Source of the DNA: Gammaproteobacteria bacterium
Lineage (GTDB): Bacteria > Pseudomonadota > Gammaproteobacteria > Natronospirales > DASSBR01
Assembly: GCA_035701285.1 (NCBI GenBank)
Contig: DASSNT010000032.1
Coordinates: forward strand, 2,284 to 66,283
Length of the DNA stretch: 64,000 nucleotides
Direction of reading: 5' to 3'
In this document: positions 30,151 through 43,766 of the stretch, one piece after another
Numbering within the stretch: position 1 is the first letter of the stretch
Layout: each line of letters starts with the position of its first letter
Program-made: the position numbers and the translations under genes
Notes under the pieces: generated by a model
Database searches by the model: none
What the model was told of the DNA's origin: nothing
The model's input: only the letters and a program-made list of their open reading frames with translations

Positions 30151-30283
30151 GAAATCCCCCTCCAGCTCCCCCTTCCGGCCTACGGCCGCAAAGGGGAGTG
30201 CAAGAAGCAAGAAGCACCAGAGCTATCACTCAAGTTCTCCCCTTTGCTCGCGTAGCGAGGAAGGGGGAGTTAGAGGGGGATTC
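30151..30283. repeat. Compound palindromic extragenic element (nested stems)
   Basis: Outer arms GAAATCCCCCTCCAGCTCCCCCTTCC and GGAAGGGGGAGTTAGAGGGGGATTC. Inner arms GCAAAGGGGAG and CTCCCCTTTGC. The centre carries a GCAAGAA direct repeat. It sits between the convergent dcd and DUF3108 genes. Confidence 0.75.
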
Positions 30284-31000
30284 TTACTTCTTGCCGAATT
30301 GAATCGACCGCAGTTCCAGCCGGAACACCGGATCGCCGTCCTTGATCTGCGCAACCTTCACCGGCACGTAGTTCAACTTCGGCGCCAGCCAGAATATGGT
30401 CTTGCGGATGGACCCCGGCTCGCTGCGCTCGACGCGAACCGCGGTAAACGCGCCTGCCGGCACTGAAATAGCGTCCCGCCCGACGACCTTCAGGTGATAC
30501 ACCTCAAGCTCGTTGCGGTTGACCACCGGAAAGCTGCCCGCATCCATGCCGCCGGCCACGCTCCGCGACAGCTTGAGCTGCGCCAGAAACGGGTCGCTCG
30601 CCCCCTTCGGGATATCGATCTTCTTTTCGTCGCCGCGATACGTGCTGTGCGCGACGTCATGCTTCCAGTCGAACAGAATGGACTGCGTGCGCTCATCGTC
30701 GCCCGTGTGGGAATAGCGATATTCGCGCGCGCTGAACTCACCGCTGTCGGCAATGGTAAAGACGCTCGACTCCGAAATGACGTCGTCGCGAAACAGGCTG
30801 ACCAGCCCGGTCGCGTGGCTGTCGGATTTGAAGCGCCAGCGATCCTTGCCGAGCTTCTCAAGCTGGAACTTCGCCACACCGGCGCGAACGCCGTGCGTGA
30901 TGACGTCGTAATCGGCCGCGTAGGGCTTCAGCGTTGCCGCAAAACCGGGGACCGCCAAAAGCAGCAACAGCACCGGCAGCAATCGTTTCAACAGCGTCAT
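30284..31000 (-). CDS. DUF3108-like exported protein
   Basis: 238 aa with a signal peptide. Conserved neighbour of purN in Gammaproteobacteria. Confidence 0.7.
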   Translation of the reverse strand: MTLLKRLLPVLLLLLAVPGFAATLKPYAADYDVITHGVRAGVAKFQLEKLGKDRWRFKSDSHATGLVSLFRDDVISESSVFTIADSGEFSAREYRYSHTGDDERTQSILFDWKHDVAHSTYRGDEKKIDIPKGASDPFLAQLKLSRSVAGGMDAGSFPVVNRNELEVYHLKVVGRDAISVPAGAFTAVRVERSEPGSIRKTIFWLAPKLNYVPVKVAQIKDGDPVFRLELRSIQFGKK

Positions 31001-31638
31001 TCGAAATCCATAACCGGTGGGGCGGCGAGCCGCTCGCCATCCATAAACACCTGGTTATCGTACAGCTTCACCCGTCCCGCGGCGAACCACTGGATCACAC
31101 GGGGATAAATCACATGTTCGGCCGCCTGTACCCGCGCGGTCAGCACCGTTTCGTCATCGTCAGCGTTGACCGGCACGCGCGCCTGCAGGATCACCGGCCC
31201 GCCATCCAGTTCCGATGTCACGAAATGCACGCTGGTGCCATGATGCGCGAGCTGCTCGGCAAGTGCGCGCCGATGAGTGTGCAGGCCCCGCAGTGCCGGC
31301 AGCAGCGACGGGTGGATATTAATCATGCGGCCGCTGAAATGCGCCACGAAGGCATCATCCAGAATGCGCATGAAGCCGGCCAGCACCACCAGGTCCGGCG
31401 AAAATGAATCGACCGTCTTCAGCAAATCGGCCCGCCAGGCACTGCGCCCGGCATATTCCCGCGGCGCCACCGCCCGAGTCGGCACGCCGGCTTTACGCGC
31501 CCGCTCGAGCCCGAACGCATCCGCCTTGTCGCTGACGACCGCCACAAGTTCGGCGGCCACATCGCCGCGCGCGATGGCATCAATGATCGCCTGCAGATTA
31601 CTTCCGTTCCCGGAAATCATCACGACTAGACGGAGCAT
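30997..31638 (-). CDS. purN: Phosphoribosylglycinamide formyltransferase
   Basis: SGNGSNLQAI and HPSLLP motifs. The start is set at ATG 31638 (MLRLVVMISG). Confidence 0.9.
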   Translation of the reverse strand: MLRLVVMISGNGSNLQAIIDAIARGDVAAELVAVVSDKADAFGLERARKAGVPTRAVAPREYAGRSAWRADLLKTVDSFSPDLVVLAGFMRILDDAFVAHFSGRMINIHPSLLPALRGLHTHRRALAEQLAHHGTSVHFVTSELDGGPVILQARVPVNADDDETVLTARVQAAEHVIYPRVIQWFAAGRVKLYDNQVFMDGERLAAPPVMDFE

Positions 31639-31687
31639 TTCTCTTCTTTTCCAGCTAAAGGTGTCAGCAAAATTCAACGTCTGGGGA

Positions 31688-31791
31688 GGTGGTGGCGTAA
31701 CGGCTTTCCGGGTCGTGTGAGACAGGGATGTCGAACGCGAAGCCTACATGGATGTATTCACGGCGTCCCGGGAAGGCGTTACGGTACCGCC
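31688..31791 (-). repeat. REP-like hairpin element, copy B (long form), in the purM-purN spacer
   Basis: The reverse complement reads GGCGGTACCGTAACGCCTTCCCGGG-ACGCCGTGAATACATCCATGTAGGCTTCGCGTTCGACATCCCTGTCTCACACGA-CCCGGAAAGCCGTTACGCCACC. The loop is near-identical to copy C. Confidence 0.7.
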
Positions 31792-31796
31792 TCTCG

Positions 31797-32834
31797 CTAA
31801 AGCGGATCGGCCGCAATCGAAACGTCCGGCCGAGCCTCGACCCCCCCAACAATCACGGCCTGTTCTCCGGCATCGGCCAAAACAGAAACCGCTTTATCGG
31901 CATCCCCGGCGGCCACGCAAACAATCATCCCCAGCCCGCAATTAAACGTCCGGTACATCTCATCGTCCGCAATATTACCGGCCTCCTGAAGCCAATCGAA
32001 AACCGCCGGCCGCTGCCATGAACCGGCGTCCAGCACTGCGCCCAGCCCCTCCGGCAACACCCGCGGCAGGTTTCCCGGAATGCCGCCGCCGGTAATATGC
32101 GCCAGCGCGTGCACCGGCACCTGCTTCATCAGATCGAGCAGTGGCTTCACGTAAATCCGCGTGGCGGCAAGCAAATGATCCACCAGCGGACGGCCGTCCA
32201 ATGGCATGTCCAGCTTGGCCCCGCTGACCTCCAGCACCTTCCGGATCAGCGAATAGCCGTTCGAATGCGGACCCGACGAGGGCAACCCGATCAAAGCATC
32301 ACCAGCTTCAACGGCGCTGCCATCGATGAGCCGATCCTTCTCGACCGCCCCCACACAAAAGCCGGCCAGATCGTAATCCGAGCCCTCATAAAGCCCCGGC
32401 AACTCCGCCGTCTCGCCGCCGACCAGTGCACAACCGGCCATCTCGCAGCCGCGCGCTACGCTCGACACCACCGCAGTCGCCGTATCCAGATCGAGATGGC
32501 CGCTCGCATAATAGTCGAGGAAAAACAGGGGCTCCGCGCCCTGCACGATCACATCGTTCACGCACATCCCCACCAGATCGATGCCGATGCCGTCATGACG
32601 GCCGGTCTCGATAGCCAGCTTCAGCTTGGTGCCGACGCCGTCCGTGCCCGACACCAGTACCGGATGTCGGTACTTGTCCGGCGGCAGTTCGAAAAGCGCG
32701 CCGAAACCGCCGAGCCCGGCCAGTACCTCCGGGCGCTGCGTACGGCGCGCAGCAGGCTTGATCCGTTCGATCAGCTCGTCGCCGGCGTCGATATCGACAC
32801 CCGCGTCGCGATAGGTCAGAGGCTTGGAGGTCAT
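31797..32834 (-). CDS. purM: Phosphoribosylformylglycinamidine cyclo-ligase (AIR synthetase)
   Basis: [13 protein letters not shown] and GTDGVGTKL motifs. The start is set at ATG 32834. Confidence 0.95.
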   Translation of the reverse strand: MTSKPLTYRDAGVDIDAGDELIERIKPAARRTQRPEVLAGLGGFGALFELPPDKYRHPVLVSGTDGVGTKLKLAIETGRHDGIGIDLVGMCVNDVIVQGAEPLFFLDYYASGHLDLDTATAVVSSVARGCEMAGCALVGGETAELPGLYEGSDYDLAGFCVGAVEKDRLIDGSAVEAGDALIGLPSSGPHSNGYSLIRKVLEVSGAKLDMPLDGRPLVDHLLAATRIYVKPLLDLMKQVPVHALAHITGGGIPGNLPRVLPEGLGAVLDAGSWQRPAVFDWLQEAGNIADDEMYRTFNCGLGMIVCVAAGDADKAVSVLADAGEQAVIVGGVEARPDVSIAADPL

Positions 32835-32874
32835 GGCGGACTCGTCATAAAAATATGATATTTTACTGCATCCC

Positions 32875-34029
32875 ATGACTTTCCTCTCGTCAGGTGTTCG
32901 ATTGAACTTCCCGCGTTTCTTTCCGCTGCTGATCGCCCTCGTTTTGATGCCCGCGCCGCTGCTGGCAAGCGTGGTGCCAAACCTTTATTCGGCCAGCGTG
33001 CCGGTTAACAGCCAGAGCGAGCAGGCGCGCAGCCAGGCGCTGCAGGGCGCGCTGCGGCAGGTTATCGTCAAAGTGACGGGCAGCCGCGCGGCGCCGGACA
33101 ATCCGCAGGTTGCCGCCATCGTCGCGCAGCCCGAACAATACCTCCAGGCCTATCGATACCAGCGCCACGTACCGGCGCCCAACGAACCGCTCTTCGGCCC
33201 CAACGCCTCGGCGACGCTGGACCTCTGGGCGCAATTCGACAGCCAGACGCTCAACCAGGCGCTGCGCGCTGCCGGCCAGCCGCTCTGGGGTAGCGAGCGG
33301 CCGGCAACGCTGGTCTGGATCGCCTACGAACAAGGCGACGGCCAACGCAATATCGTGGGCGCCGAAGCTGCGGACGCAGTGCTGCAAAGCGTGCAGCAGG
33401 CCGCGAAGGCGCGAGGCGTCCCGGTCATGTTTCCGCTGATGGATGTTCAGGATCGCGCGCATCTCAGCTTCTCCGACGTCTGGGGCGGCTTTGTCGCGCC
33501 AGTCGTGCAAGCGTCGCAGCGGTATCAACCGGATGCGATTTTGATCGGGCGGATCGACGGCAGCGGCATCGCCGCCAATGCCCGCTGGACCCTCGTCGTC
33601 GCCGGCCAGCCGACCAGCTGGGACGGCGCCCACGGCAAACCTTCGGAAGTGGCCAGCGCCGCCATTCAGCACCTGGCCGACCTCTACGCCTCCAGGTTCG
33701 TGATCAAGACGGGCGCTGGCGCGCAGCAGATTCCGGCGCTCGACATTATGGTCTCCCATATCGGCGATCTTGGCGCGTACGGCCGAGTCTTGAAGTATCT
33801 GCGTTCGCTGAGCGCCGTCGACAACGTCGAGCCGATGCAAATTACCGGCGACGCGGTGACGTTCAAAGTCAGCGCGCAAGGCACCATTGCCGACCTTGAG
33901 CAGACGATCGCACTGGGCTCAGTGCTCGAAACCAGCAACGAAACAATGCCCGTGCCGCCGCCCGAGGCCAATTCGAGCGTCACCCCAATTGCTGTTCCGC
34001 TGACGCTGCATTATCGATATCAACCCTGA
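32875..34029 (+). CDS. DUF2066-like exported protein
   Basis: 384 aa with a signal peptide. Divergent from purM, which is the usual context for this family. Confidence 0.65.
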   Translation: MTFLSSGVRLNFPRFFPLLIALVLMPAPLLASVVPNLYSASVPVNSQSEQARSQALQGALRQVIVKVTGSRAAPDNPQVAAIVAQPEQYLQAYRYQRHVPAPNEPLFGPNASATLDLWAQFDSQTLNQALRAAGQPLWGSERPATLVWIAYEQGDGQRNIVGAEAADAVLQSVQQAAKARGVPVMFPLMDVQDRAHLSFSDVWGGFVAPVVQASQRYQPDAILIGRIDGSGIAANARWTLVVAGQPTSWDGAHGKPSEVASAAIQHLADLYASRFVIKTGAGAQQIPALDIMVSHIGDLGAYGRVLKYLRSLSAVDNVEPMQITGDAVTFKVSAQGTIADLEQTIALGSVLETSNETMPVPPPEANSSVTPIAVPLTLHYRYQP

Positions 34030-34036
34030 TTCCGCC

Positions 34037-34770
34037 GTGCCTCACGCGCCCGAACAGCTCGCACTCGGTGTCGGCCTGTCGTCGGGCAGCACCTTCGCGG
34101 ATTTCCATGGTGGTGCCCAGCCTGAAGCGTTGGCGCTCGCCGAACGGCTGGCGCTGCGCACCGATTATCCGATCGCGTGCCTGTGGGGGCCGCCGGAAAC
34201 CGGCAAGACGCATCTCCTTCAGGCCGCCTGTCGCGCCGCCATCGGCGCCGGCCGGACCGCCGCCTATTTGCCGCTGATTGAGTCGAGCTATCTCGACCCT
34301 GATCTGCTCAAGGGCTGGGAACGCTTCGAACTGATTTGTGTCGACGACGTGGGCCAGGTTGCGGGGCAGGTGCGCTGGGAAACAGCGCTGTTCACGCTGT
34401 TCAACATGCTGCACGAATCGGGAGGTACGCTGCTCGCGGCCGCCAGAACACCGCCGGCAGGCAGCGACTGGGCGCTGCCCGATTGGCAATCGCGGCTGGC
34501 CTGGGGGCCCGTCGTCAAGCTCACGTCGATGAGCGACGAGGCGCGGCTGGCCGTGCTGCAGCTTCGGGCCTCGCGGCGCGGGCTGAAGCTGCCGGAAGAG
34601 GTGGCGCGTTTCCTGTTGCATCACGCGCCGCGCGACATGCACTCATTGATGCAGGTGCTCGACCGGCTCGATCATGCCTCACTCGCGTTGCAGCGGCGGT
34701 TGACGATACCGTTGGTGAAGCAGGTGTTGGAACGGGATTCGGGGTTCGGGGCTCGGGATTCGAAGATCAC

Positions 34771-34774
<4 letters not shown>
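34037..34774 (+). CDS. hda: DnaA regulatory inactivator Hda
   Basis: 245 aa with a GTG start. AAA+ Walker A (GPPETGKTHLL) and DnaA-like box VII/VIII. The C-terminal 12 aa are encoded by GGGATTC-type repeats. Confidence 0.85.
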
Positions 34775-38484
<3,710 letters not shown>

Positions 38485-38553
38485 TGCGCGATTCTTTGCG
38501 TGTGGATTCCCGCTTTCGCGGGAATGACAAGAATTCAAATGTTGTTTTTGTAG

Positions 38554-39036
38554 TTACTGTTTGCGTTGCCGCTCGAAATCCGCCAGCGCCGCTCCGACGA
38601 TGCCGCGAATTTCGTCCTTCAACTGCTGCGCGACGCGCTCGACCACCAGCGCTTCCACGCCCTCGACCGATTCCTTGACGATGCGCGCGGCGGCATCGTC
38701 CAACTCTGCCGTCAGCGCGGCGCGCAGCGCGGCTAAATCCGGTTCGGGCGCCGGTGGCGTTGGTATCGGTTCCGGCGGCAGAGCCGGATCGGGCACTGCT
38801 GCCATCCCGGCCGCCGCGGCCTCTTCGATGCCGAAATTGTCGTCGAATTCGATATCGGTATGACTGTCCGCGGGCGGCGCGTCCGGCGTTTCTGTCGTTG
38901 CCGGTTCTTCCGGGCCGACGTAGGGGCCGGTTTCGTCGGCCTGCGCCGGGTCGACGATATCCGTGAGCACCGGAATGCCGTCGTCCGGCTTGTTGCCGAT
39001 GTGCGGCTCGTGTTTAGGGTCTTCGGCCATCTTCAA
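38554..39036 (-). CDS. Acidic, Pro/Ala-rich hypothetical protein
   Basis: 160 aa. Starts 2 nt after the holC stop. No recognisable domain. The coding call rests on operon position and length only. Confidence 0.5.
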   Translation of the reverse strand: MKMAEDPKHEPHIGNKPDDGIPVLTDIVDPAQADETGPYVGPEEPATTETPDAPPADSHTDIEFDDNFGIEEAAAAGMAAVPDPALPPEPIPTPPAPEPDLAALRAALTAELDDAAARIVKESVEGVEALVVERVAQQLKDEIRGIVGAALADFERQRKQ

Positions 39037-39037
39037 A

Positions 39038-39457
39038 TCACAGCTTGTGGGTCTGCAAAGGATAGCCCCGATCCTGGTAGAAGCGAAATCGGCTTCGGCC
39101 TTGTGCGCGCCGTTGTTCGTCAGCGTCGATAATCTCCATCACCCGCTCAAAGCGGCTGAAAAACAACGGCACCTCGGCATCGAGATTAATCAGCAGCGGA
39201 CAATCGCCCGGTGGCTCCCGGCCCCCTGAACCGATCAACACCGGCGCGTCATCGCCCGCGGTTCGCGTGTGCGGAATGAAACTCTGCTGGCGAAATGTCC
39301 ACAACAACTCGTCCAGCGCGCCTGCCTGCGATTCGGATTCGGCGTGCACGTAAAGTTTCTGCCCGAGCCGGAACGCCTTGTCGGCCAGCCGGCACGCCAC
39401 GCGCTCGCGCCCCTGAGGGGGCGCGGACGCGAGCACGTAGAAGTCGACGCGCGTCAA
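39038..39457 (-). CDS. holC: DNA polymerase III subunit chi
   Basis: TTG start giving (M)TRVDFYVL, the typical HolC N-terminus. The start overlaps the pepA stop as TTGA. pepA-holC-valS synteny. Confidence 0.85.
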   Translation of the reverse strand: MTRVDFYVLASAPPQGRERVACRLADKAFRLGQKLYVHAESESQAGALDELLWTFRQQSFIPHTRTAGDDAPVLIGSGGREPPGDCPLLINLDAEVPLFFSRFERVMEIIDADEQRRAQGRSRFRFYQDRGYPLQTHKL

Positions 39458-40950
39458 CTCTGGTTGTTGGCGCGTTCGATCAGGTACTGCGACAGCAGCG
39501 TTACCGGCCTCCCGGTGCCGCCTTTCTCCTTGCCCGTTTTCCAGGCCACGCCGGCGATGTCGAGGTGCGCCCAGCGGAAGTTGCCGGTGAACCGCGACAG
39601 GTAGCAGGCTGCGGTGATGCTGCCGGCCTCGCGGCCGCCGACGTTGGCGAAGTCCGCAAAGTTGCTTTGGAGCTGCTCCTGGTAGTCGTCCCACAACGGC
39701 ATCCGCCAGGCGCGGTCGGTCGTTTCGGTGCTGGCTTTGAGCAGGTCGGCAACCATCTCCTCGTCGTTGCTGAACAGCCCCGCGGCATGGCTGCCCAGCG
39801 CAATAACGCAGGCGCCGGTGAGCGTGGCGATGTCAATCACGGTTTGAGGTTCGAAGCGCTCGGTGTAGCAGAGCGCGTCGCACAGGCACAGCCGGCCCTC
39901 GGCGTCGGTGTTGAGGATTTCGACCGTCTGGCCTGACATCGTGGTGACGATGTCGCCTGGCTTGACGGCGTTACCACCGGGCAGATTTTCGGTGCACGGC
40001 GTCACGCCAACGACATTAACCGGCAGATCGAGCTCCGCCACGGTCTGCAGCGCACCGAACACGCTGGCCGCGCCGCCCATGTCCCATTTCATTTCGTCCA
40101 TGGACGCCGGTGGCTTGAGCGAGATGCCGCCGGCATCGAAGGTGACGCCCTTGCCGACGAGCGCGTAAGGCTTGTCGCCGTTGCCGCCGCCCTGGTATTC
40201 CATGACGATCAGTTTCGCCGGCTGATGGCTGCCGCGCGAAACGGCCAGCAGCGCACCCATGCCGAGTTTTTCCATCTCGGCTTCGTCCACCACGGTGATT
40301 TTGATCTTCGGGTGGCGCTTCGCCAGTTCCTGCGCCTGCTCGGCGAGATGGGTCGGTGTGCAGAGATTCGCGGGCCGATTGCCGAGGTCCTTGGCAAAGC
40401 TGACGCCGGACGCGATAGCCTTCGCGTGGCGAAGCGCTTCTTTGGCTGCGCCTTCATCCGCGCCGGCCGGTAAGCTGAACTTCAGCGTCTCCAGCGGCTT
40501 GTCGTCGCCATTCTTGCTCTTGCACTCGCGGAAGGAGTAGCTCGCGTCGCTGGCCGCTTCCGCGCCATGGCGCAGGCGCCAATACAGATCGAGGCCGCCT
40601 TCGTCGCCGAGGGTTAACGTGTTCAGCGCTTCCTTGATGCCGTGACTGGCGACCGCCTTGACGGCGGCGCTGGTTGCTTTGCGCAGCGCCAGCGCGTCGA
40701 ATTTGTCCCGGGCGCCGAGGCCGACCAGCAGCACCAGCCCGCAGTCGAGGCCGGCTGGCTTGAACAGCGGCAGCAGCTTGCCGGTCTTGCCGGACAGCGC
40801 GCCCGACTCGATCAACTTGCCGATAGTGCCCTGGCTGGCCTTGTCGAGCGCGGCCGCGGCGGCAGTCAGCTTCTGATCTTCGAATACGCCGGCAATGACG
40901 CACGCGCCGCCGTATTGTTCCGGCTGTCCTGCCAAAACGGAAAATTCCAT
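39454..40950 (-). CDS. pepA: Leucyl aminopeptidase
   Basis: NTDAEGRLCLCDAL signature of the M17 family. The start is set at ATG 40950 (MEFSV), with AGGAG upstream. Confidence 0.95.
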   Translation of the reverse strand: MEFSVLAGQPEQYGGACVIAGVFEDQKLTAAAAALDKASQGTIGKLIESGALSGKTGKLLPLFKPAGLDCGLVLLVGLGARDKFDALALRKATSAAVKAVASHGIKEALNTLTLGDEGGLDLYWRLRHGAEAASDASYSFRECKSKNGDDKPLETLKFSLPAGADEGAAKEALRHAKAIASGVSFAKDLGNRPANLCTPTHLAEQAQELAKRHPKIKITVVDEAEMEKLGMGALLAVSRGSHQPAKLIVMEYQGGGNGDKPYALVGKGVTFDAGGISLKPPASMDEMKWDMGGAASVFGALQTVAELDLPVNVVGVTPCTENLPGGNAVKPGDIVTTMSGQTVEILNTDAEGRLCLCDALCYTERFEPQTVIDIATLTGACVIALGSHAAGLFSNDEEMVADLLKASTETTDRAWRMPLWDDYQEQLQSNFADFANVGGREAGSITAACYLSRFTGNFRWAHLDIAGVAWKTGKEKGGTGRPVTLLSQYLIERANNQS

Positions 40951-41097
40951 TCTCTTCTCCTCGGGCTGAAGTTCGGTACTTGGAAAGAAGGCCGGCGCGA
41001 TCAACGTGTATGATAGCGGCCTTGAGCGGCCGTGCGGCCGTGAAACCCAAGAATTGTAACGAAAGTCGGGATCATTCTCTAATCCAAGGGGCTAGCG

Positions 41098-42180
41098 CTG
41101 CGTATCGTCGACCGCTACATATTCCGCGAAGTTGTTCAGACCTGGGGCGGGGTGACGCTGGTGCTGATGCTGATTCTGATCAGCAACAGCTTTGCAGAGT
41201 ATCTCGGCGACGCTGCTGCCGGCACGTTGCCCGGCGGTGCGGTCCTGACCCTCGTCGGCCTGGCGTCCTTGAAATACCTGCTGATCGTCGTTCCTGTCGG
41301 GCTGTTCTTCGGCGTAATGCTCGCGCTCGGCCGGCTGTATCGCGACAGCGAGATGACAGCCATGCGCGCCTGTGGGGTGGCGACCTGGAACGTCTATCGG
41401 CCGATCATGTTGTTCAGCCTGATGCTGACGCTGGTGCTGGCGGTGCTCTCGCTGCAGGTGAGTCCGTGGGTTGCTTCAACCAGCGAAATCGTGCGCCAGC
41501 GCGCGGAGCAGCGCGCGGAATTTACCCATTTCGAAGCAGGCCGCTTCAAAAGCCCGAGCGACGAGGGCGTCTTTTACGCGCAGAATGTCGCGCCGGACGG
41601 GCGGCTGCGGGGGGTGTTTGCCGAGCGCCACGTTCGAGGCGAAGTGCAGATCGTCGCGGCTGACGCGGGCGTTCGAAAAGCTGCGCCGAATGGCGGCGGC
41701 CGGCTGCTGGTACTGCAAGATGGCTACCGTTACCAGGGCACGCCGGGCGAGGCCGATTTTCGTATCGCCAGGTTCGACAACTACGGCATTCGCATCCAGG
41801 CCGGCACTTCCGAATACGGTTCGAACGACATCGACACGAAATCGACGGCGGAGCTGTGGGGCGTGCCGACGCCCGAGGCGCGGGCCGAGGTGCAGTGGCG
41901 CATCGCCTTCCCGGTCTCGGCGCTGGTGCTCGCATTTCTGGCTGTGCCGCTGGCGCGAACGCAGCCGCGCCAGGGGCGCTACGGCAAGCTTTTCGCCGCA
42001 ATCCTCGTCTATATCATTTATTCGAACATCCTCGGCGTCGCTCGCGTTTGGGTCGAGCGGGGCACGACGCCGATTGGCGTGGGTCTATGGTGGGTACCCG
42101 GGCTTGCGATCGTGATCGCGTTCGTGCTGCTCTGGCGGCAGCGGGAACTGAAGCGTTACCCGCGGGTTGAAGCCGCGTGA
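41098..42180 (+). CDS. lptF: LPS export ABC permease LptF
   Basis: The YjgP/YjgQ-family N-terminal motif (L)RIVDRYIFREV lies upstream of the first canonical start (GTG 41152). A CTG at 41098 sits 6 nt after AAGGGG, and an in-frame stop lies at 41080. Confidence 0.8.
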   Translation: MRIVDRYIFREVVQTWGGVTLVLMLILISNSFAEYLGDAAAGTLPGGAVLTLVGLASLKYLLIVVPVGLFFGVMLALGRLYRDSEMTAMRACGVATWNVYRPIMLFSLMLTLVLAVLSLQVSPWVASTSEIVRQRAEQRAEFTHFEAGRFKSPSDEGVFYAQNVAPDGRLRGVFAERHVRGEVQIVAADAGVRKAAPNGGGRLLVLQDGYRYQGTPGEADFRIARFDNYGIRIQAGTSEYGSNDIDTKSTAELWGVPTPEARAEVQWRIAFPVSALVLAFLAVPLARTQPRQGRYGKLFAAILVYIIYSNILGVARVWVERGTTPIGVGLWWVPGLAIVIAFVLLWRQRELKRYPRVEAA

Positions 42181-43241
42181 CGTTGCTCGACCGCTATCTC
42201 GGCCGAACCGTTTTCGGCGGCGCGCTGATGGTGCTGCTGATTCTGGCGGCGCTGACGGCGTTTATAACGTTTATCGGCGAGTTCAATCACATCGGCACCG
42301 GCAGTTACGGCATTCCACAGGCGCTGCAATACGCGCTGCTGTCGCTGCCGGTGCAGTCGCTCAATCTGTTTCCGACGGCGACATTGATGGGGGCATTGCT
42401 GGGCCTCGGCGGCCTGGCGAGCGGCAACGAGTTGATGGTGATTCGCACGGCGGGCATTTCCACGCGGCGGATTGCAGTGTCGGCATTGCTCGGGGGGCTG
42501 GCGATGGCGATCCTGGTGGCGGCGGTCGGCGAACTGGTCGCGCCGCCGGCCAACCGCTTCGCCGACAATACCCGCAGCAAGCAGATGTACGGGCGCATCG
42601 GCTCGCTGAGTCAACACGGGGTCTGGGCGCGCGATGGCAACGTCTTTGTCAACGTTCGCGAGCTGGTCAGTCAGGATCTGATTCGGGATATCTATATTTA
42701 CCGGTTCGATGACGGCAAGCTCGCGAGTGCCTCGCACGCGGCGGAGGCGCGCTTCGAAGACGGTAACTGGATTCTGCACGACATCGGCACGACGACGCTT
42801 AATGGCATTACGAGTGCGACTGCCAGCCGTGACGATTCCGCGGTATGGTCGACGCTGCTGGATCCCGGGCTGTTGCGACTGTTCGTCGTCGACCCGAACA
42901 ATTTGTCGGCTAACGGTCTGCTGCGCTACATCGACTACTTGCAGCACAACGAACTCGATGCGGCGCGCTACCGGATCGCGTTCTGGGCAAAAATTGTCCG
43001 GCCGGTGACGGTGCTGGCGATGGTATTGCTGGCGATTCCGTTTGTGTTCGGCCCGTTGCGCTCGGTGACGACGGGCCAGCGGATGCTCGTCGGGATACTG
43101 ACCGGCGTGGCGTTTTACCTGTTCAACACGACGGTCATTCAGGTGGGCGAGGTGATTGGCGCCGCGCCATTGTGGACGGCGTGGACGCCGACGGTGCTAT
43201 TGGCTCTCGCCAGTCTGATTGCCATCGGTCGCCTTCGCTGA
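42177..43241 (+). CDS. lptG: LPS export ABC permease LptG
   Basis: 354 aa starting MTLLDRYLGRTV. 4-nt overlap with lptF. Confidence 0.9.
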   Translation: MTLLDRYLGRTVFGGALMVLLILAALTAFITFIGEFNHIGTGSYGIPQALQYALLSLPVQSLNLFPTATLMGALLGLGGLASGNELMVIRTAGISTRRIAVSALLGGLAMAILVAAVGELVAPPANRFADNTRSKQMYGRIGSLSQHGVWARDGNVFVNVRELVSQDLIRDIYIYRFDDGKLASASHAAEARFEDGNWILHDIGTTTLNGITSATASRDDSAVWSTLLDPGLLRLFVVDPNNLSANGLLRYIDYLQHNELDAARYRIAFWAKIVRPVTVLAMVLLAIPFVFGPLRSVTTGQRMLVGILTGVAFYLFNTTVIQVGEVIGAAPLWTAWTPTVLLALASLIAIGRLR

Positions 43242-43766
43242 TTTCGACTTTTTAACGGGCTTCGGCAGCACAGTCAGGCATGATGCGGACAGGCGATCGT
43301 GCCATGCGAGGCGCCGCCGGTCGAGCAGTGGCCAGATGAAGCCGGCGAGCGCGGCGATAAAGACGATCGGAGCGAGGATATTCTGAAAGACCCAACGGCC
43401 CTCGGCGCCCGGGTAGGCGATGAATTCCAGTCCCAGCGCTACGAGCAGCCACGGGATCAGCATGCTGAGGTAGCGTACCAGTGCTTGATACCAGCCGGGC
43501 GAGCGGCCGTCGCCGGCGATCAACTTGAGCCGCCAGGCTCGCATGCCGAGCGTCTGCCCGCCATGGGTCCAGAACCAGCCGAAGAACGCGAAGGCGACGA
43601 TCAGCAGGTAGACCCGATAGGCCGTTTCCGGCAGATGGCGGTCGTTGCGGAATATAGCGAGCGCGATTGCAGTGGAGGGAAACCACAGTGCGACGACCAG
43701 CAGCAGATCGTAGAAACCGGCGGCGAAGCGGCGAAGGAGGCCGGGTGGTTTATAAGCGGTGGTCAT
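43197..43766 (-). CDS. RDD-family membrane protein
   Basis: LLRRFAAGFYDLLLV at the N-terminus and RDD-type TM topology. The start is set at ATG 43766. The longer ORF runs into tRNA-Glu. Confidence 0.7.
   Translation of the reverse strand: MTTAYKPPGLLRRFAAGFYDLLLVVALWFPSTAIALAIFRNDRHLPETAYRVYLLIVAFAFFGWFWTHGGQTLGMRAWRLKLIAGDGRSPGWYQALVRYLSMLIPWLLVALGLEFIAYPGAEGRWVFQNILAPIVFIAALAGFIWPLLDRRRLAWHDRLSASCLTVLPKPVKKSKSAKATDGNQTGESQ

Noticed and set aside
38485-38538. 18 extra N-terminal codons of valS ([18 protein letters not shown]).
   Set aside because: The SRESGNP reading comes from a small extragenic hairpin (ATTCCCGC-TTTC-GCGGGAAT, about 38508-38527). The conserved ValS N-terminus starts at MDKTYDP (38484).
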